DNA of 64,000 nucleotides from Escherichia coli (GCF_003334255.1 NZ_QOWU01000022.1), one strand, 5' to 3'; positions 44,501 to 58,546 are shown, counted from the stretch's first letter. Notes: generated by a model from the sequence alone, not told the origin. Numbers and translations: made by a program.

Positions 44501-45405
44501 TCCCGCTCGCCGCTCATAAAGATCAGAATGTCGCCAGGGCTTTCCTGACTCAGTTCGTCTACGGCGTCAAAAATCGCCTGCAACTGATCGCGCTCGGTGT
44601 CGTCGGCTTCTTCAACAATCGGTCGATAGCGCACTTCCACCGGATAGGTCCGACCGGAGACTTCGATAATCGGCGCATTATTAAAGTGGCGCGAAAAGCG
44701 TTCCGGGTCGATAGTCGCGGAAGTGATAATGATTTTTAGGTCAGGACGCCGCGGCAGCAACTCTTTCAAATAGCCGAGCAGAAAATCGATATTCAGGCTG
44801 CGTTCGTGTGCTTCATCGATAATGATGGTGTCGTACTGCATCAGCAGGCGGTCTTGCTGGATCTCCGCCAGCAGGATACCGTCGGTCATCAGCTTGACCA
44901 TCGTGTTATCACTAACGTGATCGCTGAAACGCACTTTGTAACCGATGCAACCGCCCGGCTCCGTTTTCAGCTCTTCCGCAATACGGTTCGCCACCGTTCG
45001 TGCCGCCAGGCGACGCGGCTGGGTATGGCCGATCAGTCCTTTAATCCCGCGCCCCAGCTCCATACAGATTTTCGGCAACTGGGTGGTTTTGCCTGAACCG
45101 GTTTCCCCGGCGACGATCACCACCTGGTGATCACGAATCGCTTCGAGAATGTCCTGTTTTTTCTGACTAACCGGTAAATTGTCAGGATAAGTGATTTCCG
45201 GTCGTGCCGCTTCACGCAGCAGGACTTTCCCTGCCGCCTGGTCAATCTCTTTCGCCATCTCCTGGAAAATGGCCTGTTGTGCATCAGGATTTTTAACCTT
45301 CTTAACACCGTGCAGACGGCGAGAAAAACGCAGTCTGTCGCGCAGCATCAGCGAATCCAGCCGCTGCTGCAAAGCAGTAAAGGTCAATTTTTGTTGTTCT
45401 GTCAT
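41503..45405 (-). CDS. hrpA: ATP-dependent RNA helicase HrpA (DEAH box, 1300 aa)
   Basis: ORF track; Walker A GETGSGKTTQ and DEAH motif (IIDEAHERS). Confidence 0.95.
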   Translation of the reverse strand: MTEQQKLTFTALQQRLDSLMLRDRLRFSRRLHGVKKVKNPDAQQAIFQEMAKEIDQAAGKVLLREAARPEITYPDNLPVSQKKQDILEAIRDHQVVIVAGETGSGKTTQLPKICMELGRGIKGLIGHTQPRRLAARTVANRIAEELKTEPGGCIGYKVRFSDHVSDNTMVKLMTDGILLAEIQQDRLLMQYDTIIIDEAHERSLNIDFLLGYLKELLPRRPDLKIIITSATIDPERFSRHFNNAPIIEVSGRTYPVEVRYRPIVEEADDTERDQLQAIFDAVDELSQESPGDILIFMSGEREIRDTADALNKLNLRHTEILPLYARLSNSEQNRVFQSHSGRRIVLATNVAETSLTVPGIKYVIDPGTARISRYSYRTKVQRLPIEPISQASANQRKGRCGRVSEGICIRLYSEDDFLSRPEFTDPEILRTNLASVILQMTALGLGDIAAFPFVEAPDKRNIQDGVRLLEELGAITTDEQVSAYKLTPLGRQLSQLPVDPRLARMVLEAQKHGCVREAMIITSALSIQDPRERPMDKQQASDEKHRRFHDKESDFLAFVNLWNYLGEQQKALSSNAFRRLCRTDYLNYLRVREWQDIYTQLRQVVKELGIPVNSEPAEYREIHIALLTGLLSHIGMKDADKQEYTGARNARFSIFPGSGLFKKPPKWVMVAELVETSRLWGRIAARIDPEWVEPVAQHLIKRTYSEPHWERAQGAVMATEKVTVYGLPIVAARKVNYSQIDPALCRELFIRHALVEGDWQTRHAFFRENLKLRAEVEELEHKSRRRDILVDDETLFEFYDQRISHDVISARHFDSWWKKVSRETPDLLNFEKSMLIKEGAEKISKLDYPNFWHQGNLKLRLSYQFEPGADADGVTVHIPLPLLNQVEESGFEWQIPGLRRELVIALIKSLPKPVRRNFVPAPNYAEAFLGRVTPLELPLLDSLERELRRMTGVTVDREDWHWDQVPDHLKITFRVVDDKNKKLKEGRSLQDLKDALKGKVQETLSAVADDGIEQSGLHIWSFGQLPESYEQKRGNYKVKAWPALVDERDSVAIKLFDNPLEQKQAMWNGLRRLLLLNIPSPIKYLHEKLPNKAKLGLYFNPYGKVLELIDDCISCGVDKLIDANGGPVWTEEGFAALHEKVRAELNDTVVDIAKQVEQILTAVFNINKRLKGRVDMTMALGLSDIKAQMGGLVYRGFVTGNGFKRLGDTLRYLQAIEKRLEKLAVDPHRDRAQMLKVENVQQAWQQWINKLPPARREDEDVKEIRWMIEELRVSYFAQQLGTPYPISDKRILQAMEQISG

Positions 45406-45596
45406 AACGTTAGTGGGCAGTAGTCTGCCTGATTAATTTTCTTTTAAATGATAGATATAGAGTACCACATCGCGGCTTTCTATGCGTTGTTCAATAAATT
45501 CGAACATAGGCTTCGATTTATTGCGCTATCTCTGTGGCAGGATTGTGAATAAAGTGTCAGCAAGCAACGGGGCATCGTCCATTCAAACATCTATAA

Positions 45597-46211
<615 letters not shown>

Positions 46212-46225
46212 CCGGACACGATCTT

Positions 46226-46252
46226 GATGTGGACTGTAGTTCAGTCCACATC
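46226..46252. terminator. Bidirectional hairpin between azoR and ynbD
   Basis: gatgtggactgtagttcagtccacatc palindrome. Confidence 0.45.
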
Positions 46253-46261
46253 TCAATCCAC

Positions 46262-49232
<2,971 letters not shown>

Positions 49233-49402
49233 TATCAATCCTTGATAATTCGGTTTGCGCTATGGTGCATCAATTCCCCTGACGGAGATATCGCAACACG
49301 CCGCTTCATTAAAAATTCAGAATATATCAAGGTATTGGGGACTCACTGCCAGGAATGATTATCCCCAATTAATCAAATGGTTAAGAAACATTACGTTGTG
49401 GA

Positions 49403-51709
49403 TCAATACAACTCATCAAGTTTTCTCATCGCTTGTTCCCGTATTGCGCGCGTCTTACCGTTAAGCGCCAGCTGGCGGACTAAATCCAGTTCAGGGTTAA
49501 CAAGCTCTAACGCCAGCAAAGGATCACGTTTCAGCCTCGCCTTTAATACATCAACTGGAAAACGGGGATTATTCATCGCCACAATCCACCACTCGGGATC
49601 AATTTCTGCCGCCAGTACTGCAGGCGGTGTGTGGCGGTTGTTAAGTGCGCCGAACTTGAAAAATGTGAGATTACTTTTCGCCAGTGTACTCCACCATATA
49701 CGATCCGGTTGTTTTGCCAGTACATCCAGTTGTGCTAACGCATCGGGGTCGAGTGCATAATAAACACGTAATGCTTCATCAACCTGCGCACGGGAGCTAT
49801 TTTCCTGCCTCAGAAAAAACTTCGCCCAAATATCATTGCGTGGCGTGTTTTGCTGTAATTCCTTGAGAACAACAGCGGGTAAATTATCCCAACTAACTAA
49901 TGCACTCTCTAAAAAGTCCCAGTCTTCCAAACGTATCAGGGCGGTGGCATTTAATAGCATCTGGTCATCAACTTCGCCGTGGCTAATCAGCTCAGACAAA
50001 ATCATATCAGCGCTGGTTTCATATGCTTCTGAATCTGCTTTCGGATTATTTTTCCGATGCGATAAAGCACGTTGCCAAATTTTTTGTTTCATCGACGTGC
50101 TCAGATACTGATTTTTCGCCAGATTACTCCACCCCTCAGGATCGTTGAAACGTGTCAATAACCGTTGTAAAGCAGCGTCAGAGTGAATTACCTGCATATC
50201 CCGACAGCAAAAGTAGGCAGGGGATTTTTTCTCCATCCTTTTAACAAAATTAAACTGTAAGTTATCTGGCAACGCTAAAAATAACGCACCTATTAGATCA
50301 TCGTCATTCTCGAATTTTTGGTATATATATACTGCTATTTTGTCACTCTCTTGTGGCGTCATCCGCAACAATTGACCATGGTGTTTCATCTCTGCCAGCT
50401 TTAACGCTAAGCTTGTGACAACATCGTTTGATGAATCGTTCGCCAACTGCATTGCCTGATTGTAGGTGAGTTGTCCTCCAGCACCGACCTGACGAATAGA
50501 GGAATCATCACTGCGGATATAACCATCAATAATGGATTCGGGCAATAACCACGCATCTTTATAAAGCTCCTGAATGATCATATCCCAATCTCTTTTCGCC
50601 AGAGTCATGACGATATCCAGAGGGAGATTTTCACGTAGCGCAAGATTCAACGGACCGACACCATCAGGTAGATGACTCATTCGCGTCATTATTTCGACAG
50701 AGAGCGGTTCACGGTCAAGCAACCCCAGAACAACAGGCTGGTAACCCAATTGCTGATCGGTCAACTCCAGAATCTCATTGTCAGGCATATATCTCGCCAT
50801 ACTTTCAATCGTTTGTTCATCATTGCTATTAATAAGTTGTTTGCGTAGGTTAGCTGAAATTCCTTTAAGCCTTGGGAGAGTTCGCATTATGGCAAGATCA
50901 AATGTCGCAATGTCTCGTCCTTCAAATGCAGCAACTTTGCCTTCATCCAGCATTTGCAATTCCTGCACTAACTCAGGAGAAGGCTTAGGGCGAAACAGCG
51001 CTTCTTTTTTCATCTGATTACAGACATTCCCTGCTATGCGAATATTGCTTCGCTTAAAAATTTCTTTCAGAGCATCTTCATCATTTATTAGGCCCCAATA
51101 ATATGCATCAGGATTTATTATCGTCAGCGCTTTTTTGACATTTTCAGTGTCATTTTTGTCTCCCGCACGGACCATGAATTCACTATTTATCGAAGACACA
51201 ACAACAGGTGCAATTATGTCATTGATAAATATCCCACGCGCATTAATACTCCCCTTAATCGTAGACGGATTATCGTAATATGAGTCGATAAATACCAGTC
51301 CACTTGCATTTATCGAACCGGTAATTAACAGTGGTGAATCTGTAATTATATTTGTTGCCGTCACGTTACCGAGAATAACCCATGGATTAGAAAGAGAGAA
51401 AGTGGAAATATTTCCTTTGACTGTCAAATTGCCAAGAACAATCAATTTTTGATTACTCTCTATATTACCTTCTACCACTAAATCGCCACGATGCACTTTC
51501 CAGTCCGATGCAGATAAACCGAAGGGGACAAGATTCACGCTACTGTTGATAGCTTGTTCAACTTGCTGTTTGTCTTCAGCGGTAGCCGCAGAAAAAAATG
51601 GTTCAATATCAACTGCATTTGCAACACATCGAAGTTCCGCCTGAACTGGAAGGCTCAGCATAAACAGGGGAAGTAAACCTATCCAGCCGCAAATCCTGGG
51701 CTTAAACAT
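49403..51709 (-). CDS. ydbD: Uncharacterized secreted protein YdbD (768 aa)
   Basis: ORF 49403..51715 trimmed to first ATG (51709); signal peptide. Confidence 0.8.
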   Translation of the reverse strand: MFKPRICGWIGLLPLFMLSLPVQAELRCVANAVDIEPFFSAATAEDKQQVEQAINSSVNLVPFGLSASDWKVHRGDLVVEGNIESNQKLIVLGNLTVKGNISTFSLSNPWVILGNVTATNIITDSPLLITGSINASGLVFIDSYYDNPSTIKGSINARGIFINDIIAPVVVSSINSEFMVRAGDKNDTENVKKALTIINPDAYYWGLINDEDALKEIFKRSNIRIAGNVCNQMKKEALFRPKPSPELVQELQMLDEGKVAAFEGRDIATFDLAIMRTLPRLKGISANLRKQLINSNDEQTIESMARYMPDNEILELTDQQLGYQPVVLGLLDREPLSVEIMTRMSHLPDGVGPLNLALRENLPLDIVMTLAKRDWDMIIQELYKDAWLLPESIIDGYIRSDDSSIRQVGAGGQLTYNQAMQLANDSSNDVVTSLALKLAEMKHHGQLLRMTPQESDKIAVYIYQKFENDDDLIGALFLALPDNLQFNFVKRMEKKSPAYFCCRDMQVIHSDAALQRLLTRFNDPEGWSNLAKNQYLSTSMKQKIWQRALSHRKNNPKADSEAYETSADMILSELISHGEVDDQMLLNATALIRLEDWDFLESALVSWDNLPAVVLKELQQNTPRNDIWAKFFLRQENSSRAQVDEALRVYYALDPDALAQLDVLAKQPDRIWWSTLAKSNLTFFKFGALNNRHTPPAVLAAEIDPEWWIVAMNNPRFPVDVLKARLKRDPLLALELVNPELDLVRQLALNGKTRAIREQAMRKLDELY

Positions 51710-51772
51710 ATGCACTCCATGCCATTAAAAAAGAAATAAAAGGGAAATGCTTCTTTCCCTTTTGTATATTCG

Positions 51773-52633
51773 TTATTCTCGCGAAATACCATCCAATGTA
51801 GACAACACTTCCTCAGAAAGATGCAATTTTTCAGCAGCCATATTCTCCCGTAAATGCGCAACAGAAGATGTCCCTGGGATCAGCAAAATATTCGGTGAAC
51901 GTTGTAAAAGCCACGCCAGCGCTACCTGCATTGGTGTTGCACCCAGGCTCGCAGCAACATCGGAAAGCGTGGACGATTGCAGCGGCGTAAAGCCACCGAG
52001 CGGGAAGAACGGCACGTAGGCAATGCCATCGCGGGCCAAAGCATCAATCATTGCATCATCCGCACGATGAGCAATGTTGTATTCGTTCTGCACGCAGACG
52101 ATTTCGGCAATCTTACGCGCCTCTGCAACCTGCGTCGGTGTGACGTTGCTCAGGCCAATATGTTTTACCAGGCCTTGCTGTTGCATCTCTGCCAGCACGG
52201 TCAGGCTGGCTTCAATCGACCCTTCCGCCGGGCCATGACCATCCCCGATCATAACGCGCAGGTTAACCACATCCAGTACGTCCAGCCCGAGATTACGTAG
52301 ATTATCATGTACCGCTTTTTGCAGCTCTGCCGGAGAAAATGCGGCCAACCAGGAAGCATCCTCACCACGCCGCGCACCAATTTTAGTCACAATTGTCAGG
52401 TCGTCAGAGTAAGGATAAAGCGCTTCGCGGATAATCTGATTGGTGACGTGCGGACCATAAAAGTCGCTGGTATCAATGTGATTGACGCCCAATGCCATCG
52501 CCTCACGCAGCACGATTATAGCGACGTGGCGATCTCTTGGGGGGCCAAAAACCCCAGGACCTGCCAGTTGCATCGCGCCATAACCAAGACGGTTAACGGA
52601 TTTTGTACCGAGAGTAAATGTTTTGCTGCTCAT
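51773..52633 (-). CDS. pdxI: Aldo-keto reductase PdxI (YdbC, pyridoxine 4-dehydrogenase, 286 aa)
   Basis: ORF track; aldo-keto reductase family. Confidence 0.85.
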   Translation of the reverse strand: MSSKTFTLGTKSVNRLGYGAMQLAGPGVFGPPRDRHVAIIVLREAMALGVNHIDTSDFYGPHVTNQIIREALYPYSDDLTIVTKIGARRGEDASWLAAFSPAELQKAVHDNLRNLGLDVLDVVNLRVMIGDGHGPAEGSIEASLTVLAEMQQQGLVKHIGLSNVTPTQVAEARKIAEIVCVQNEYNIAHRADDAMIDALARDGIAYVPFFPLGGFTPLQSSTLSDVAASLGATPMQVALAWLLQRSPNILLIPGTSSVAHLRENMAAEKLHLSEEVLSTLDGISRE

Positions 52634-52781
52634 CGCACCCTGCCCTGTAATAAAACGGATTAAGAAAAATCAGTATAGAAACGAAAAGAGATAAATAATG
52701 CGAAGGTGTAAACAAGATTACAGGATGAGTTGCTCTATTGCCCTGAAAGACACCAAAACAAAACGCGTCAAGTACCGCATC

Positions 52782-52822
52782 CGGCAATAAAAAACCGCAA
52801 CCTGTATCAGCGTTGCGGTTTG
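52782..52822 (-). terminator. Rho-independent terminator downstream of ydbA
   Basis: On the minus strand: hairpin ccgcaacgctgatacaggttgcgg followed by a T-tract. Confidence 0.55.
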
Positions 52823-52840
52823 GGTATCACATGCTAAAAA

Positions 52841-55800
52841 TTAGAACGTTTTCTTAAAGTTCAGCATCACGCCTTTATCGCTGATACCGTCCTCTTTCCA
52901 GTGGTACGCGTCCAGATTCAGCGAACTTTCTTTGCTGCTGTACTTCACGCCGACGCTTGCCAGGCTATTGATGCCGCCGCCCTTCTGATCGTCATCGACG
53001 TTAAAGTGCTGGCTGCCTGCGCCTGCCAGGCTTGCCGTGCGCTGGCTCTTCGCGTAGCTCAGGTTCGGCCCGCCTTCCAGCGTGGCGTTCGCACTCCAGC
53101 CGTCTTTTCCTGCATAATCCAGCTTCAGCCCGACGATGCTGTCCACCGCCGTTTCGCTGCCGCTGTTCATGCTCAGGTTAAAGTCTCCGGCATTGCGCTC
53201 CTGATAGCCACCTTCCAGTGTGTGACGCAGTTTTACACCCGCATATGGCGTAACCTTCAGTCCTTCGCTCGGTTCGAAAGTCTTCGCTCCTTCGCTACGG
53301 AACTCCAGGTACTGCTGCTTCACGTCGGTATCAGCCGTTTTGTTCGTGTTGCTAAATGCAATCGAGCGGCTGCTGTCAAGGTTGTGAACGTCATAACGCA
53401 ATGCGTTATTCCAGTTCATGCCGTTGTCGAAGGACATCTGATGTTTCAGGCCAAAGAACTGGCTGTAGCCACCGGTGACGCCATTATCACCCGCTTTCTG
53501 CGCACCGTCGCCATCCAGACGCGCGATACCGTACTCCAGACTCATGGTCTGGCTTTCGCTCAGGTCGATGGTTTTACGCAATGCCAGCATGTCGTATTCG
53601 GTATTATTACCTAACTCGGCACGCGGATCGCCTTTCGCGACAACGTTGAACGCCAGACCGTTGCCCACTTTCGGCGCGGCATCCGCCAGCATACTAAAGC
53701 GGTTGCTTAACACGCGCGCTTCGCGGAATACCGTGGTTGCCTGGCTACCGCTGACCTGTTTCAGAGCGCTGTTCAGTTCAGCAGTCGTGCCGACGTTCAG
53801 GCTGGTAAACAGTTCGTTGTTGGTGTAACTCGCATCCAGTGCTTTCGCGATGTCATTCACCGAAGCATCAGTCGCCACATCGGTATAAGCATTTTTGCTC
53901 ATGGTGATGTCAACGTTACCGCTGGCATCGGTGCTGCCTTTAGCAGTCCATACCACGGACGTTGAGGTGATGGCATCCGCATCGGTCAGGTTGCTGCCCT
54001 CCACCACGTTATCAAAACTAACGGTGGTGTCTGCGGTACCGGCGGTAAACCCGGTGTTGATCCCCACGCCGTTCATGCTGGCATTGTTGACCTTGAGCTT
54101 ACCGGCGCTGCCATCGGCACTCGTTCCCACCACGTAACCGTTGAGATTATTCATGCCGTCGTCACTGCTCACGGACGATGACGAGCTACCGCCGCTATAA
54201 GGCGTAATCGTCGGCTCATCCGGCGCGGTGAAGTCCACATAGTGCGCTTCTGTGCCGTCGCCGCCTTCGCCGTTGCCTTCTGCCGAGATACCACTTTGTT
54301 TGAAGATACCGGAACCCGTCACGCTGTCGTCGATATACACGATACCGTTGTTAACGATATGTCCAGCGCTGCCTAACTGGCTGAATGCAAAAGAATCACT
54401 GGCGTAAATATTGATGGTGCCATTATTTTCAATGACCGCATCCGCCTTCGCGTTGCTTTCGAGTTGCATCCCTACCATGCCAGTCTCAGAGGTGCCTTCT
54501 GTGCCGACGTTAATGATATTGTTGTTGACCATTTTCGCGCTGCCATGCGCCGACATCGCCACATTACCAGTGTTGTCAATATTAATAGTACCGTCGTTCA
54601 CCACCAGCGTGTTAGCGTTCACGTTCAAGGCAGTCTTGATTTGACCGTTGATTACGCCCGTCTCACCGTTATAAAGGGTGTGTGGATTGCCAGCGGCCAT
54701 AATATTAGCGTCACTGTTAACCGTGCCCCAGTTATTAAATGAACCCGCCCACAATTGACCGTCATCAATTGTTGCTACACCGCCTTGCAGGTTGTTGAAT
54801 ACACCCTTTTTATCCACGGTGACATGATTGACCGTTCCGGCGTTATTGAACGTTGATGCAGCAGTAAAAAAGACCTTATCTACCGTTCCACCTGCCTGGT
54901 TGTTCATGACGGCAGACACCGATGAGCCTTTCCAGTTGCTCACCGTTCCGGTGTTATAAACAGCGCTGGCCCACTGTTCGATACTACTAATAGTGCCAGC
55001 ATTGTTGATGACCGAACCCGCAACTGTCGTAACTACCTGGCCTGTAACTGTGCCTTCATTATTAAAGACGCCGCCATCAACAGAAACGGATTGAGTTATC
55101 CCCTGGTTGATATATTCACCGTCAATGGCGATAACCACCTTGTTGATATTACCCGTGATTTCGTTGGTCAGATTGCCATTATGAGCAACCGTAATGGCTC
55201 CGCCCGTCACCGTTCCTGCGTTGGTGATATAAATATCGCTCTCTGCCAGGGGGTTGGTTACCCCTCCGCTTGTGGGTAAATCCAGCGTTTCGCCTTCAGC
55301 GGTAATAACGTTGCCATTATCCCATCCCCGGCTGACGGCACTGTCGGTCGGGTTATAGCTCGCACTGTCCTGACAAATACCGAACGTGCAGATAGTGCCG
55401 TAGTTAACAATAACGCCGGAACCGTCATTGTAAAATGCCTGACCAATTTCGGCATTAATATTAATAACGCCAGTCTGATCATTAATTGCGGTTCCGCCAT
55501 TGTAAACCGCCATACCGACGAGTTTATTCGCGCCAATCGTGTCGTCATAGTTATCATTTTTTTCCAGGTTGATAGTCCCCTGGTTAATGACCGTATTGCC
55601 ATGACCATTAGCGAACATTCCCGCGCCGGCATTATAGATAGTAATGACACCGCCTTCTTTATTAATTGCGGTTGCGTTAACTCTGGGGCCGTTAAAATCA
55701 TCTGTGCCTACCCACATGCCAGCGGCATAATCTCCGGCTCTATTTCCATGTATATCGCTGCGTAATTGCGTTGTATCATTAGCATCAACCCATAACGCAT

Positions 55801-58546
55801 CGATAGAGATATTGCCTGCATTCTCAGCCGTCGAGTTGTCTATTGCCGTCATGCCAATGTTCCCTCGACCATACATATCAATCACGCCACTCTCACCATT
55901 GAGTGCATAACTGTTATGGTAGGCTTCGAGAGCAATCATACTCTCCGTTTGATTATTCGGAATATCACTGCCAGTAGCACCCACGGAGTTTCGCATATTC
56001 ACCACGCTATACTGCTCCATAACTTTTGCTGTGATGAATCCATTATTTGTAACCGTAGCGCCTCCTTGCGCCATTAGCGCTACCCCACCCGGTTCCGGGA
56101 CTGGATTTGTCGGTGTCGAATAATCATACTGAAGTAATGCGATGCTGCCGCTGTTAACCGCCGAACTGTTTTCATCGTTGACATTAATAAATTTAATATT
56201 CGCTACATCGACATCCCCTTCATTGATGACCTGGGAACCGGAAGACGCATTTATTATCGCAGGAGTCGCATCAAAATAGTGTTCGAATATATTGACATCC
56301 TTCGTTGAAAAAGAGGCATCATCGCCTATCTTCAACATTGCACCATCATTCAACTGGATAATACTGGAGTAACCTACCGGGAAATCACCGCCTATTACCG
56401 AGTCACCATTCAGGTATACGGATGAGTTGCCATCAACCTTAATAAGAGGAGTGGAGCCGCTTCCCTTACGTGCGGAGGCAATATCCTCTCCGTTGGTTAA
56501 GGTATTTGCCTCTCCCCTGAATTGCACGCCACCATTAAGTGCTACCGTATTACCATCACCCGTGATCACCAGTCCGGAGATGTTTTCCTGGCTACCGTCA
56601 AAACGTGCATAGGTACGATTCGTGGTTTCGCTATCCACGACCATCGTTAACTGACCATCCAGTGTAATATCATTATTATCACCGCTGACATTAACGCCAA
56701 CGGATGGGTCGTAAAAATATTCTGCCGCATTATCAGCCAACTGGTTTTTATCGACCAGTATATTGCCGGCGATATCGATGGTATTCCCGTTCCCGGCGAC
56801 ATTGACCCCTGTCGCATCCTGTCCGGTGACGTTCAGCTCATAGGTGGCCAGCGTCATAGTGTTATTATTGCCAACCACATCCAGACCTGTGGAGAAATCA
56901 CCCACATACATACCACCCGCAAGTGAGATATCGCCAGCGTCGCCAATAACCTGAACTCCCGTCCCTGCATTGCTGGCAGAAATATCACCCACGTTCATAA
57001 ACGTGGCGTTATCCCCCGCAATCTTCACACCTGTGGCATTCTCTTCCGCATTGCCATTGCTGGCGGAAATATCACCCATATTGATAAATGTGGTGTCATT
57101 ACCCTGCAACTCAATGCCAATGGATTTCTCATCCACGACGGTTATATTGCCTTTATTGCTGATAATGGTGCCATCTCCATCAACAATAATTCCACGTGCG
57201 CCACCGCTTACATAAAGATCGCCTGATTGTTTAACCAGTGCATCGTTACCGGTAATTTTCGACCCCGTCGAATGTTCTCCGTCGACGGTCATGACACCTT
57301 TATTACTTACTACCGCGTTGTCGCCATTAATCTCGCTGCCGGTCCCACCATTGGTAAACGTCGAGTCACCCGCGGTATTCAATGTCGCGCGATCGCCATT
57401 GATAATAACCGCCGTCCCGCCATCAACTTCCGTTTCACCATTATTATTGATGGTGATATCGTCGCCGGTCAGGATACCGACCACTGAGCCTTCGCCAATT
57501 GCGGTGGTTTTACCGTCGTTATTAAGGGTTATATCGTGACCGTCAACAACCATCACCGTGCCACCATTCAGCGCGGTATTTCCACCCTTATCGGTGATGG
57601 TGGCATCGTTAACCTGGAAATGGTCACCTGTAGTTCCATCAGCAACCGTACCCGCCTCTTTGACAATATGGATTTTGCCATCGTCATCATAACGCCAGGT
57701 GATCCCGCCCGCCGTATTGACGCCGTCAAAGCTGACAGTGTTGGCCGCCTCGTCAACGGACCAGGTTTTTACAATCGTCGTTTTGCCATTTGGCCCGGTA
57801 AGTGTGTAACTGCCGTCTTCATTTTTAGCGTAGGTGAAGGTGGTATTACGAATTTCTACGGTCTTCGCATCCTGATCCCAGGTGACATTATTTTTATAAA
57901 CGACAGGATCGTGTTTGACTGGGGTGTCATCACCATCGTCGTCCGGGGTATCGTCACCATCATCGTCCGGTGGTACCGGGGTGTCACCGCCATCGTCCGG
58001 TGGTACCGGGGTGTCGCCGCCATCGTCCGGTGGGACCGGGGTGTCGCCGCCATCGTCCGGTGGTACCGGGGTGTCACCGCCATCGTCCGGTGGCACCGGG
58101 GTGTCGCCGCCATCGTCCGGTGGGACTGGTGTGTCGCCACCATCGTCCGGTGGGACTGGTGTGTCGTCGCCATCATCCGGCGGTACCGGGGTGTCGCCGC
58201 CATCGTCCGGCGGTACTGGTGTGTTGCCGCCATCGTCCGGCACCGGAGATGGATCGTCGTGATGGTGATTATTATCATCGTGGAGTGCATACACCGCTAC
58301 GCCTGTTGCCACCGCAGCCAGGCCCACTGCAGCCCAGGGTAACAACTCACTATCTTCAGCTGATTTACACTCTGCTGGCAGCTTTTCTAACTGTTCTTTA
58401 CTCAGTGATTTAATATTGACCGGGCAGCTAATCTTGCTGGATTTACGAGACTCATCCGATGTTTCCGCTATCGACGTATCTGCTGCCCAGGTCTGGCTGC
58501 TTAACGCCATTGCAACACAGACACTAAGCATTTTTTTCCTTTGCAT
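52841..58546 (-). CDS. ydbA: Full-length AIDA-like autotransporter adhesin YdbA (1901 aa)
   Basis: ORF track; GAGGAA SD; signal peptide, acidic Pro-rich repeat linker, long Gly/Asn/Thr-rich beta-helical passenger, C-terminal autotransporter beta-barrel ending ...LNFKKTF. Confidence 0.85.
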   Translation of the reverse strand: MQRKKMLSVCVAMALSSQTWAADTSIAETSDESRKSSKISCPVNIKSLSKEQLEKLPAECKSAEDSELLPWAAVGLAAVATGVAVYALHDDNNHHHDDPSPVPDDGGNTPVPPDDGGDTPVPPDDGDDTPVPPDDGGDTPVPPDDGGDTPVPPDDGGDTPVPPDDGGDTPVPPDDGGDTPVPPDDGGDTPVPPDDDGDDTPDDDGDDTPVKHDPVVYKNNVTWDQDAKTVEIRNTTFTYAKNEDGSYTLTGPNGKTTIVKTWSVDEAANTVSFDGVNTAGGITWRYDDDGKIHIVKEAGTVADGTTGDHFQVNDATITDKGGNTALNGGTVMVVDGHDITLNNDGKTTAIGEGSVVGILTGDDITINNNGETEVDGGTAVIINGDRATLNTAGDSTFTNGGTGSEINGDNAVVSNKGVMTVDGEHSTGSKITGNDALVKQSGDLYVSGGARGIIVDGDGTIISNKGNITVVDEKSIGIELQGNDTTFINMGDISASNGNAEENATGVKIAGDNATFMNVGDISASNAGTGVQVIGDAGDISLAGGMYVGDFSTGLDVVGNNNTMTLATYELNVTGQDATGVNVAGNGNTIDIAGNILVDKNQLADNAAEYFYDPSVGVNVSGDNNDITLDGQLTMVVDSETTNRTYARFDGSQENISGLVITGDGNTVALNGGVQFRGEANTLTNGEDIASARKGSGSTPLIKVDGNSSVYLNGDSVIGGDFPVGYSSIIQLNDGAMLKIGDDASFSTKDVNIFEHYFDATPAIINASSGSQVINEGDVDVANIKFINVNDENSSAVNSGSIALLQYDYSTPTNPVPEPGGVALMAQGGATVTNNGFITAKVMEQYSVVNMRNSVGATGSDIPNNQTESMIALEAYHNSYALNGESGVIDMYGRGNIGMTAIDNSTAENAGNISIDALWVDANDTTQLRSDIHGNRAGDYAAGMWVGTDDFNGPRVNATAINKEGGVITIYNAGAGMFANGHGNTVINQGTINLEKNDNYDDTIGANKLVGMAVYNGGTAINDQTGVININAEIGQAFYNDGSGVIVNYGTICTFGICQDSASYNPTDSAVSRGWDNGNVITAEGETLDLPTSGGVTNPLAESDIYITNAGTVTGGAITVAHNGNLTNEITGNINKVVIAIDGEYINQGITQSVSVDGGVFNNEGTVTGQVVTTVAGSVINNAGTISSIEQWASAVYNTGTVSNWKGSSVSAVMNNQAGGTVDKVFFTAASTFNNAGTVNHVTVDKKGVFNNLQGGVATIDDGQLWAGSFNNWGTVNSDANIMAAGNPHTLYNGETGVINGQIKTALNVNANTLVVNDGTINIDNTGNVAMSAHGSAKMVNNNIINVGTEGTSETGMVGMQLESNAKADAVIENNGTINIYASDSFAFSQLGSAGHIVNNGIVYIDDSVTGSGIFKQSGISAEGNGEGGDGTEAHYVDFTAPDEPTITPYSGGSSSSSVSSDDGMNNLNGYVVGTSADGSAGKLKVNNASMNGVGINTGFTAGTADTTVSFDNVVEGSNLTDADAITSTSVVWTAKGSTDASGNVDITMSKNAYTDVATDASVNDIAKALDASYTNNELFTSLNVGTTAELNSALKQVSGSQATTVFREARVLSNRFSMLADAAPKVGNGLAFNVVAKGDPRAELGNNTEYDMLALRKTIDLSESQTMSLEYGIARLDGDGAQKAGDNGVTGGYSQFFGLKHQMSFDNGMNWNNALRYDVHNLDSSRSIAFSNTNKTADTDVKQQYLEFRSEGAKTFEPSEGLKVTPYAGVKLRHTLEGGYQERNAGDFNLSMNSGSETAVDSIVGLKLDYAGKDGWSANATLEGGPNLSYAKSQRTASLAGAGSQHFNVDDDQKGGGINSLASVGVKYSSKESSLNLDAYHWKEDGISDKGVMLNFKKTF
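57925..58250. repeat. 30-bp tandem repeat (about 9 near-perfect plus flanking degenerate copies) inside ydbA, encoding (PVPPDDGGDT)n
   Basis: Unit atcgtccggtggtaccggggtgtcaccgcc repeated head-to-tail; also produces artefactual ORFs in other frames. Confidence 0.85.

Noticed and set aside
57925-58250. Possible CRISPR array, given regularly spaced 30-bp repeats
   Set aside because: Repeats are contiguous with no spacers, lie in-frame within a coding sequence, and there are no cas genes nearby.
57856-58413. ORFs on both strands with repetitive low-complexity translations (GTGVSPPSSG..., HRTMAATPRY...)
   Set aside because: These are alternative-frame readings of the 30-bp tandem repeat inside ydbA, not independent genes.
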